A program made the position numbers and the translations under genes. A stretch of DNA of 64,000 nt from Octopus bimaculoides (taxonomy: Eukaryota): positions 46,247,296-46,311,295 of the forward strand of contig NC_068988.1 of assembly GCF_001194135.2 (NCBI RefSeq). Direction: 5' to 3'. Shown here one piece after another: positions 53,162 through 64,000 of this stretch (its first letter is position 1; every line of letters starts with the position of its first letter). The notes below the pieces were generated by a model, which saw nothing but the letters and a program-made list of their open reading frames with translations, searched no databases and was not told the origin of the DNA.

Positions 53162-53339
53162 CTAAGTAAGAAAAGGAACAAAAAGAATTTGTTTTCATGT
53201 AGACAATTTGATCTCTTCGGTTTAAATTATTGCCTGAGATTAAGTAGAGAAACTATTTAAGTAGAATGGTCTTAAAACAAAATTAACCAAGATGAAAAGT
53301 ACAACAGCAAAAAGTGTATTAAAAATATTCTACTGGAAC

Positions 53340-53650
53340 TCTGCCGGTTAAGACAATGAGTGTTCTAGTTGATCTGATCAATGGGACAGCCTGCTCATGA
53401 AATTAATGTGAAAGTGGATGAGTACTCTGCAGACATGCAAACCCTTAACATAGTTCTCAGGGATATTCAGCATGACACAAAAGTTGACAAAGCAGGCCCC
53501 TTTGAATTGAATTAAAGGTACAACTCATTTTTATCAGCTGAGTTTACTGGAGCAATACAAAATAAAGTGCCTTGCTCTAAGACACAATGTACTGTCAGGA
53601 ATTGAACTCATGACCTTACAGTCATGGGCTGAATATGCTAACCACTCGGG
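53340..53650 (-). mobile_element. SINE family B-related, degenerate
   Basis: gttgatctgatcaatgggacagcctgctcatgaaattaatgtg tail. Confidence 0.78.
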
Positions 53651-54786
53651 TATACACTTTCATTAATAACTGAGATGATAAACAGAAACATGAACAAAAG
53701 TATGTAAAGCACACCAGTGTTCACAACATCGCACGCAGCAGCCCTAGAAGTCTATTCCCATTAGTGACATCTTGCATGCTACACAACACACTTTCCATTC
53801 ATTTGTGTACAGAAACTGTATTCAATACATTCTCTGCACTCAAATTATACATACACCACATTAAACACTAAATAAAATAACAGAACTTACACAACACATG
53901 TGCTCTTATATATTCAATGCTTAACACTATAATACCAACGAATCAATACTCAACTCATATTCTACTCAGATACCATGTGATACAGTCTGCAAAACGCATA
54001 CTCTACAGAATCACTATCTGACACCGTAACCCTTAACAAAAGCTGCTGAAAACATGCAATGCATGAGCACCATCCTATAAAACGAGACAACACATATTGC
54101 ACATACACTAAACAAAATATAGCACAGTAAAATTATTCCAGAAATTATAAAACCCATCGCACAACAAAGACATACAATTGTTGTATGAAAAAAAACAAAA
54201 CACAATTCTACATTTATAAGTGGAGATGCTGCACACTTATCTGCAACCTGGAAGTAAACTCATTGGTGTAGTTGAAACAAGCATGAAACTGCCACAAACA
54301 TAAAGATTGCAAAAACCATAAAACATGTTAAGTTATCAATTATTCAACTCACAAGAAACTTCGTTTATATACCTTTCTGCAGTGAGATTAACCAGTCAGT
54401 CTCCTTGAAGGTTCCAGCCGTGATCTGCCATTATGTGCATCACACTTTCGCTAGAACCTCCCTTCCCTTGTTTTATAACCTGATGAAATCATTCTCCTTG
54501 TTTTTTTCTTCTATATAAATCAACAAGATTTTTTTTTTCTAGGAAGCAATATCTAACTGATTGCTTATGTTACAGTGAAGCTTGTTAAAACTTGTGATCA
54601 ATCTCCACTATGAATTCAGCATAGTTCTATGTCTTATGTTTAACTATAAAGTTTTTGACAACAGAAATACACAAATATCCAACAAAGGATTTGTAATACA
54701 GTTCTATATTTAAGAGATGAGGAATTATTTACATTATTTACATTATCTACATTTGACGGATATTCGTCCTCATCTTGTTTGTTGTT

Positions 54787-54832
54787 AACACAACGTTTCG
54801 GCTGATATACCCTCCAGCCTTCGTCAGGTGTC
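54787..54832 (-). ncRNA. Minimal type I hammerhead ribozyme (mirror copy)
   Basis: Exact reverse complement of 55046-55091. Confidence 0.75.
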
Positions 54833-55045
54833 TTGGGGAAATTTCAAACCTGGGTTCTCATTCCTATCGATGTTACTATTATGGGCATATGGCATAGTGG
54901 TTAAGAGTGCGGGCTACTAACCCCAAGGTTCCGAGTTCGATTCACGGCAGCGACCTGATTAATAATAATAATAATATAATAATAATAATATAATAATAAT
55001 AATAACATCGATAGGAATGAGAACCCAGGTTCGAAATTTCCCCAA

Positions 55046-55091
55046 GACACCTGACGAAGGCTGGAGGGTATATCAGCCGAAACGTTGTGTT
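55046..55091 (+). ncRNA. Minimal type I hammerhead ribozyme
   Basis: GACAC-CUGACGA-A-GGCUG-gagggu.au-CAGCC-GAAAC-GU-U/GUGUU: stem I 5 bp, stem II 5-6 bp, palindromic ACGU stem III, predicted cleavage after GUU (55086). Confidence 0.75.
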
Positions 55092-55439
55092 AACAACAAA
55101 CAAGATGAGGACGAATATCCGTCAAATGTAGATAATGTAAATAATGTAAAGGATTTGTTTTGTCCATTATATACATGAAATGTGAACCTTTTATAAAATC
55201 CTTTATTTGGGGTCCAAATCTGTGGGATTGTTGTTGTTCAGTCCAGTGAATTTACTGCATAAATAACAAGGTGGACATTGGAGTTAAAGTATTAAAAAAC
55301 AAAAGGAAGTATTAAACTGATTTAGTAAAGTGTGCCTATTCTAATTGTGTATAAAATATAGATAGCATTAATATTGTTGATATTCTTGTATCAAACTAGC
55401 AGTTTATTTATTAATTAGTAAGGTGAGGGTGAGGCTAAT

Positions 55440-56480
55440 GGTATCCCAAATATACTCAAGGATAGACCTAGGGCCCCTGTTTTCAGTGCATGAGACAGTA
55501 TATCAGCATATGAAATGTTATGCAATACCTTTAAAACTAGAGTTGGTAAAGGAAAACTTGTGGTCCATTTGGAATAAGAACCCCAGCTATTAGTTATAAC
55601 TTCCAAAGCACTAACATGTGCAGTTGCTAAATGAAGGCCATTCAGTTTTGGTATAAGTCTACAAATTTGGTTTGTGGTCTTGTTGAAAGAATCTATCACA
55701 GCATTTAACTTGTACTATTTCATTGTCCCTGAAGCAAAAGATCATGAGAGCCAGGCAATAATTTACTGCTGAACTGATGTAGTCTTTTGTCAGGACTGTT
55801 TGATGTTTCAGGAAGAGCTTCTGTTTAGTTCCTTTTTCAGTGAACCTGGTCTTGTTGTAGGTTTTGTCTACCAGGATACCAGGAGGTTCAGTCCAAACCA
55901 GATCCCAAATACCTTATCTAGACCCTCAGTTCAGCCACAGAAACAGTTGCCTTGCAGCATGAACTTGCCCTTCTTCGTGCTGAACTTTAATTCCATTTAC
56001 CTATTCTGGACAATGTAGGCTCTTGATACTTCTTTGTAAATCTCTAGTATAGTGTTGATAACTTGATTTTTGATGAGTCAGATACCATCATGATGAGATC
56101 ATCCACATAAGACTTTACTCTCCTGAAGGAGTGAAATGGATTTCAAAGTCTCCAACCACTATAGCAATGGCTTGGACTCCAAAACATAATGAAGAGACAA
56201 GAGGGACATCTTTAGTGAGCTGAGAATAGGATGCAGAACAGTTCCGATAGATGGCCACTTAGTTTCATCACTGAACAGATACCTCAGTTCATTTTAGTAA
56301 TCCAACCATGGAAGATAGGGACTAAACCCACTTTGCTGCTACTAAGTATTGATGGGTGACCCTGTCAAAAGCTTTCAATTGACCTAAATTGATAGAAACC
56401 ATACTGAAATTGGATCTACTGCCAATATACTCTATAATATATTGCATGAGATGGAGATTGTTATACATAGATCAGTTAGA
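55440..56480 (-). mobile_element. Tx1/L1-clade LINE RT pseudogene
   Basis: KAFDRVTHQYL, SYVDDLIMMVSD and downstream motifs similar to Tx1-type ORF2; heavily disrupted. Confidence 0.7.
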
Positions 56481-59400
56481 GACTGCACAAGTTTTTAAGC
56501 TTGAAACTACACTAATGATGAGAAATGCAAAAATCTTGATGAACAAGATAATAGTAACTAATTTCTGATAACGGTATGAGAAAACAAATAATTTTTCAAA
56601 GAGAACCTAGATGATTTTATGAATCCTGGAAGGAAGAGAAGCAAAGTTGATCTTAGCATAATATGAACTCAGAACATAAAGAAGTCTAACTAAATACTGC
56701 AAGGCATTTTCTCTGCCACTCTATCAATTCTGCTCTCCTCTGCCTTAATAACATTGTAATAGTGATAAATATATGAAAAAGAAAAGGCTAATATCTTCAG
56801 GAAGCATGATGCCTCGACAACAAAATCCAATAGCCACATCAATGTCGACTATAACATGATTTTGGATAAAATGAGATCTGGTGTTGCTATGATAATTTGA
56901 TTTATTCAGACTGTCAGAGATGAAGATAGTTTGAATAAATCAAGTCGTTTTTATTAACAAAACAAACGCAAAAAAAAAAAAAAAATATCCAACAAACTTG
57001 ATGATATTTCAATAAAATGTTTGTTGATTTTTCTGAGAATACATTCAATGTTTTTACATCCTGCCATCAGTGGGTGATCAGCAGAATGATATCAGTGTAC
57101 AGCAACAACAACACAACAACAAAAATAATAATTACAACAACAAAAACACCAATAACAATTACTACAACAACAGAAAAATCTATTTCAATACTGGTTTCTA
57201 ATTGCATCCATAAAAACTTTATGGAATGCATTTAATTTAAGAAGATAATAATCACTGATGTCGGGTGTCTGGATGGAAGGGACAATTATTCTGAGTATTT
57301 AAATCATGTGAGGTATCACTAGTTATGCTGAACTATTCCATCTGTAAAATTTGTCTTCATATATATTTGTATATTTGGTTTATTTTAAATATAAATAGCA
57401 TGGAACATGACCGTTAAATGGTGATGATGATGATGGGAATTGAAAAATAGGATGTAAAACAACACAGTATACATGACAGAGTAATCTTAAAAGTGTTTAA
57501 AACCTATAAAACATAAAGTATTTCATTGCACTGATGTCTGATAATTTCAGCATGTTTCTATATGATGATAATTTTTTATATTGGGTATAGGGTACAATCA
57601 TTTTAATTGAACCCAGTGCATGACTAGTAGATAAGCTATCTACTCTGAAGAAATGAAAATATTTGAATTCAGAATATTTTGGAACAAAATTTAACATGAT
57701 TAATATAATAATAATTGCACATGTGTCAGTGGTCAAATGGATAAAAGTATTAATATTATACTAAGCTTAAAGTTAAAGGTTCTTTGTTCAAATCCAATTC
57801 AGAATTATGCATATAACCAAGAATAAAACATCTATTTAATAGTGGTCAACACAATTAAAAATCTAAAGAAGCTAAAATTTGTACAGATAAGATTAATAAT
57901 CTAGTATAGGGGATACACTGCATGACCATTCTCATTCTTCCATCCTTGATTTCCAGATCAGTAACAATGTGAGTTAAACTGCCGTAGAATGACACAAGTT
58001 ATCTGTGTGTCTGTCTGTCTATCTATCTATCACCACCATGCTTTGCAGAACGCCTTTCACAGAGTTGTTGCTGGGTATTCACTTTTTGCCAATAGAAATT
58101 TGGCCATTTATGGTTGGTTTTCCTCTGCACACTATACTGGAAATCCAGTCTTCACATACATAGAGTGAAAGCCCATAAAGAATTTTAAACTTCATTGGCT
58201 ACCCTCAGACTCAATTTAGCCAACCTGCCAATGCTATTAGCAGAAGGTGGTGCACGGCTTCTTGCAGACAGTTCATGGATATACAGCTGAAATATAGGCA
58301 CCCAGAAGAGGGAGATAGTGGCAGATGAACTGTTTGGGAAAATAGTTGGTAGAAGCCCCTTCAAAAGTTTTACCTTTCTTTTATACCCTTTACTTCACTA
58401 TAACCCAAGTCCAGCACAAGCCAAAAATTCTTGGAACTACAAACAGATCACAGAATTTTCATTGCATTGGTCAGGGAATCAAGTACCTCCCATAGTTTCC
58501 TAACTCATAAGTGTATAAAAAATGGAATGTATAATATCGTACAAAACAGGGTTCTCTAGCAACTTATGCAAATATGTCCTTTGTTGGTGGGCAAATGAAG
58601 GACAAATATGAAAAAGAAAAGTTTGGAATATGATGCAGTTATACGCCACATTCAAATATCAAAGAAGGGAAATATTCTTTGTCTGAAACTCTAATAATTC
58701 TGGTGCTCTGCTGCCCCTTATTTTAAAATCACTCATAGAAAAGATACAATGAATTTCGTTCTTGGAATTTTAAGAAAACCAAACTTCATTTCCCATCTGT
58801 AAAGATTGATATCTTAGCACGATTATTAAGGAATGAAGCCACTGAATAAACCATGCAAAAATTGAATACATCATGCAATAACTTGCTGATAGTGTATATA
58901 TTGTGAACACTACAAAAGTGATGTATCATATAAATTAACTATCTACTTGCCAGGCTATAAACCTCATGCATGTCTTTTGATTCATGGTCAGACAGACCTT
59001 TGTAAATTAAACAAAACAAAATATTTACAGTGGATTTCTTCAATTTAGTGTTGCTAGTTGAATATTTTTCTTACTTCACTATTTTGTTTCTATTTTTTTT
59101 TTTTTTAACAAAATTATCAATTCTATATGTTCAGCAAGCAAGGTGTTGCTTGTTATATTGTCACCTGTTTTGTTTCATAATATACAATAGATTGCAAGGC
59201 ATGCAACTCAGAACTTGTGCAGACAACCTATCTATGAAAGCATCTACATTAGAAATACATCATAACTGCCTGGAAAAGGGACCAAGTAGATCATTCCCTA
59301 TTCTCCGAAAGTTTTAAGAGAATTAAAGTATAATAAATGAATCCAAACTTTGATGTAATGTCCACTTAAGCAATGTTTCTCTTCAAGAATACCAAGGTAC

Positions 59401-59525
59401 TGAGATGAACTGACACGAAGCTAAAAATGGTAAGGAACTTTGTAAAAACATTCTTAGATTTACAGCAGCAACTGATAAGAAACTAAGTGCTCTAGTGAAA
59501 CAAAAATAACTCATAATCTTCTCAA

Positions 59526-59569
<44 letters not shown>

Positions 59570-59640
59570 GAAGAAGAAGAACAACAACAACAGGGTTCCA
59601 CAGACAAAGGTGTATAAACATATTCATACACATATATGTA

Positions 59641-59671
<31 letters not shown>

Positions 59672-59676
59672 CACAC

Positions 59677-59721
<45 letters not shown>

Positions 59722-60739
59722 TGAAAGGTAGCTATCATTTAAAAAATAAATGCACTCCCCTAAGGTAAAAAGCTTTTGTTAGTCATTGATTCATCTGTAG
59801 TTCTCATTTATCCAGATAAACAAATAAACATTTTCCAATTAATTCATCGTATAGCTTTATATTATGGAAAAGATATGAAGAAAAAGAAGTGTAAAACATA
59901 AAATTAAATGAAAATATAGTTTCCGATTTTGTTTGTTTACAGGTGATGGTCTTTTTCGGATTTTTAGTACAACTGTTAATGAGCAATTATTTTTACATGA
60001 GAATGGCACATCTTGAGACAAAATGTCTCTGTCATCTTTTAAAGAAGCCAGGCAGTAAGTCTATATCATTAATTTCCATTTGAAGCAATACTTGTCTGTT
60101 TAATTGGGTAGCTTTCAAACACCTTCCAAGACCGACCAATAGCTGTAACTGGAACCAATGCCAAATCAACTTGTATCTGCTTGCAGATAATTTGTAAAGA
60201 ACTCTTTGAATGGTTTTATCATGGTAGTTGCAATGTACTCAAATTTGTTCTGTCTGCTACTTCACTGTGTTTACTATATACTTATTATATATCCCATTAT
60301 TATTAACAATGGTTGTGTGGTTAAGAAGTTAGCCTTGTAACTTTGTGTTCCTTGGATCGATCCAATCATGTGGCATCTTGTGTATGTGCTTTCTATTACA
60401 GAGGGAAGTTGACCATTGCTTCATATTGTGGAAATTGGCAGCTGGAAAGTATATGAAAACCTGATGCACACAAACACACAAACACACATTTGTGTGCTTG
60501 TGCATGTTAGTATAAATAATTTGAGTTATTTGTATTACAACAGTGAGGTAAATGCCTAAAAGGGACAGATATCAATAAGTAAATTCAACCATTTATAAAC
60601 CATTTATTAACAAAAATAAAAGGAGAACAATGCTAAGCAATGGGTTCAATATAACCTGTTAAAATCCTTGGAGGTTGTCTCCTAGTATGATTACAGTTAA
60701 TACCTGGAACCAAAAGAGAAGAATATTTCATCTTAAAAG

Positions 60740-61220
60740 TGTGTAAGGCACGACGCATGCATGCGTGCATGTATGCTGTTTTAGGCAGGATCATTCGACG
60801 AAGATCCATGGTTGCACTTTCAGATTCTAGTTTTGTTTACTTTAACATTTCTTTTGGGTAAGCATTAAACTATGATTATTGGCAGATGGATATTCTGTTA
60901 TTCCTTTTCAGATTTCATTCATTGGACAGTCTTCTATGACTTCAGTCTATTTTATCGCCCTAGAATTTGTTTAGTAAATCGTTTTTATTGATTTCACGAG
61001 TGGGAAAGGCAAATGCGACTCGGGTATAAAGGGATGTAACAAGAACAAATATTACTAAGCAATTTGTTTGATAAACTGGTTCTGTCCTTACCGTGAGACA
61101 TTTTAAACACACTCACGTGCTGACACACCTACACCACTACAAAGCCTATTCAAAAGGAAACCGAAGTTTTAAAACAGTGTGCTAACCAACTGCCACAACG
61201 TGTTCCGTATTACAATACTT
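60740..61220. promoter_or_regulatory. CpG-retaining non-repeat segment; possible promoter or first exon
   Basis: Many CpGs compared with CpG-depleted surroundings; minus strand aaaATGTCTCACG|GTAAGG at 61101-61092. Confidence 0.3.
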
Positions 61221-61226
61221 CCTATA

Positions 61227-61443
61227 TGAGCGGGTGCTGAAAGGTTCGTGGCTTTAAGGGTGTTGGAAAAGGCCTGGTTGGAGGCCCAACATTCCAAGTT
61301 CTTTTACAGGACTTAGAACATCTGAAAGTCTGCAACAGTAATTGTGTGAATATGAGACAGGAATATGTTGAATAAAATCATAATTAACTGATCCTCACCA
61401 TTTTTCTTTTACCTAAAACCAGGAACTTTTCAGCACACCCTCG
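61227..61443. mobile_element. Mariner-type MITE
   Basis: Imperfect TIRs tgagcgggtgctgaaaggttc / gaacttttcagcacaccctcg, TA on both sides. Confidence 0.85.
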
Positions 61444-61579
61444 TAGGTGACTTTGACCTTCAGTCAAGTAATGTTAACATTATTCCAGATCTACAAGTGC
61501 TAGAATGAACGTATGTTTGTGCCCTTTGCAATTTGCTACAAGTTGAAGTGATATGTCTGTGTGAAATTCTATATTAAAA

Positions 61580-62420
61580 TGGAGAAAAATGTTTACGGAA
61601 TTTTTTTTAATATTTCAACTGGGATATAGGGAGAATTTGTTGATCTAGTTACACTGTTCGAAGTTGTACCAGTATTTCATATCGGAAAGGTCACAAATCT
61701 AGACGACATTCCATAAAACGCATGACAATCACTTTGTGCAGTTGTGAACTGTGGTCCATGAAAAGAGCTTCCTGGGCGTCTGTAAAATTTCCGAAAATCT
61801 AAAAGTTCGTGCGGCATGATTTTAAAACAAAAATTAAGGTTGTCTCATGTAGTCACAAAATTTGTGCCACATCTGCTGACTGATGAACAACCCACTGACG
61901 CAATTAGTCGGAAATTGTTTGGTCGTTCAAATGGTGATGTAAACTCCTAAAAGTCGCTTAAATATAAAGTTGATGATGATTGTCTTTTTTGTTTGGAATT
62001 GTGGTGTTCCTTATGTGTTTGTTCTTCGGGTTTAGATGGTCAAGAGGAGCTTTATTTAGATGTGCTGAGGCGTTTGAGAGAAGCATTACGAAAGAAGAGG
62101 CTTGAAATATAGAGAAACAAAACTTGTATGTTACACCATCACCACAAACCTACTCATGAGTCATTATCTACTTGTAACTCAGTGATAAATCACATGATGT
62201 CATTTTCATCACTGCCATTTTACACTCTCTGTGTTTGACCCCTACAAATTTTGTTTTGTTCGCCATGTTGCAAAAAATATCTTGAAAGGTTATTGAATTT
62301 AGCTGGTAAAAGAGAACAAGAAAGTGACTACGAAAATTATGCACCCCAGAATGCATTGTCATACTGTAAAAGCATTGAGAGTGGTTTAAAAATAGTAAAG
62401 AAAACTATTTTGGAGAAGGC
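61580..62420 (+). mobile_element. Mariner transposase pseudogene
   Basis: TKFVPHLLTDEQ, VLRRLREALRKKR, MLHHHHKPTH (HDNAP-like). Confidence 0.75.
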
Positions 62421-63119
62421 TACTCAAAGTTAATTGTAAGTAAAGATTTAAAAAATTAAGTTTGATTTCTATTTTGAAGGACATCACACATATATTTATT
62501 CATTCAGGTACACACATAAACATTCATTCATACACTCACACTCGTATATACATACACACACACATATAAATATAAAAAACGAAAGTAAAAACTTGGTGGA
62601 GGCGCTTTCTGCTGAGTTTTTGTTTTCTAAACTTCGCTCGCAAGGGTATGGTAGAAGACTCTTGCTCGCAGTTCAAAATAGTGCGATTTTCTGCCAAACC
62701 ACTTGACTGCTATGCAAAATTCTTAAATGCTCATCTAAAGTGGGCCTCTTGAAAGAAGGAACTGTTTATCTTAACCAGTAACAAAAAAAATTTTTCTTTA
62801 ATATCAGCAACCAAAATATACATCCAAAATCTAATAGTCAAACAAACCTTCATTTCTTTCTTGTTAGTTCTCTTTCTAATATACTCTTCTTTCTCTCACT
62901 CGCTCATTCATTCACTCACTCAATCAATGAATCACACACGCACACTCTCTCTTTCTCTCTCTCCCCTATATCGTAAAAAATCCACTATCCACCACACTTT
63001 ATGTAGCATGTCAAGAATACATACACAAACACATACACACGCACACAATACCATAATCAGTTGATCAAAGGTTAACTCATATCAAACTACTTTTCCAAAT
63101 ATATTTGAGCATAAGTATA

Positions 63120-63740
63120 CTTGAATAAGTACACATATTTATCCAACTGCAAAACGAAGTTGTCCATAGTTAGAGGGGCATTTATAGAGATGACAGCCTA
63201 CGAGATCATTATGATCGTAATCCCCAGTGAGCAAAGAAAATTTGATAAAATTTACACTATAGATTTTAAAACCCACGAATTTAAGATTACTACAAATGCA
63301 GACATCACAGTTATTAATTTTCTGGATGCGTGCTTAAATCTGAATAACTCTCTTTATTACCCAAAAGGCAAACCAAATGGAAACTTTAATTGCTTTCTCA
63401 GACAATTCATTTCCCCTAAAAATATATGCAGCATAAGTAAATAATTTCACACAGTCTCTTAAAATGTTTAGCCGATGAACAAATAAATTCCTGTGTTTTA
63501 CGATGATGCTCTGTCCAAATGTAGATTGAAAGAAAACAGTACCATTAGGTAGAAACTACTCAATCCATAACAAATGAAAATAGGAAACAGAATATTATTT
63601 GGTACACCCAAGATTAATATTGCCATTAGATAGTATGTGATTCGTTTACGATAGTTCTATCCATTCTATAATTAGTATAGAATTTTAAAAAAATGCAGTC
63701 ACACGCTCTACACTAACAAACTGTGTTCACACATTTGCTT
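63120..63740 (+). mobile_element. Penelope-like element RT C-terminal relic
   Basis: FKITTNADITVINFLDACLNLNNSLYYP.GKPN resembles PLE LKITI..N..VVNFLDVTLNL...YYPYRKPN; downstream aggaaacagaatattatttggtac resembles R.RNIIWFN. Confidence 0.8.
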
Positions 63741-63754
63741 GGCTGTGTGGTTTG

Positions 63755-64000
63755 TGTTGGCATTCTGTCGCTTACGACGTCGAGGGTTCCAGTTGATCCG
63801 ATCAACGGAACAGCCTGCTTGTGAAATTAACGTGCAGGTGGCTGAGCACTCCACAGACACGTGTACCCTTAACGTAGTTCTCGGCAGTTATTCAGCGTGA
63901 CATAGTGTGACAAGGCTGGCCCTTTGAATTACAGGCACAACAGAAACAGGAAGTAAGAGCGAGAGAAAATTGTGGTGAAAGAGTACAGCAGGGTTCGCCA
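63755..64000 (-). mobile_element. SINE family B (runs off the window end)
   Basis: Close match to 11105-11350. Confidence 0.92.

Larger units (their letters stand above)
54695..55147 (+). mobile_element. tRNA-head/(TAA)n/hammerhead-tail element, copy 2, with inverted 5' duplication and 11-bp TSD
   Basis: A box tggcatagtgg, B box gagttcgattc; arms ~54725-54875 and ~55000-55147 are reverse complements; aaaggatttgt at 54684-54694 and 55148-55158. Confidence 0.9.

Noticed and set aside
53800-54200. CA-rich segment possibly from a PLE GIY-YIG region
   Set aside because: No motif could be read reliably.
54883-54955. Functional tRNA gene
   Set aside because: Acceptor and T stems do not close properly, there is no clear poly-T terminator, and it is fused to a repeat tail; treated as a SINE head.
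55415-55699. 94-aa minus-strand ORF and exon-like segment
   Set aside because: Lies in line with the Tx1/L1 RT relic; most likely its decayed C-terminal part.

Overview
AT-rich, repeat-dense eukaryotic DNA with five assembly gaps, abundant (TA)n/(CA)n/(CATA)n/(CAT)n/(TAA)n microsatellites and no intact long ORF. The repeat content is most consistent with a cephalopod (octopus-like) genome; this is inference from repeat types, not a database result. Nearly all ORF-track entries are microsatellite or N-gap artefacts. Recognisable content is mostly decayed transposons: several tRNA-derived SINE families, RTE, R4/Dong-like, Tx1/L1 and probable CR1 LINE relics, Penelope-like elements (PLE; RT and GIY-YIG), mariner/Tc1 and hAT relics. 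The most interesting signal is a short element built as tRNA-like Pol III head + (TAA)n + a tail that folds into a minimal type I hammerhead ribozyme (HHR). Two headed copies are present, one with an inverted 5' duplication and an 11-bp target-site duplication (TSD), suggesting a ribozyme-bearing SINE mobilised by PLEs. Three other HHR-like motifs occur, including one with a compensatory G3:C8 core. The window also shows a microhomology-flanked templated inverted insertion and a fold-back mariner. Some splice-site-bounded open segments may be host exons, but no host gene could be identified with confidence.
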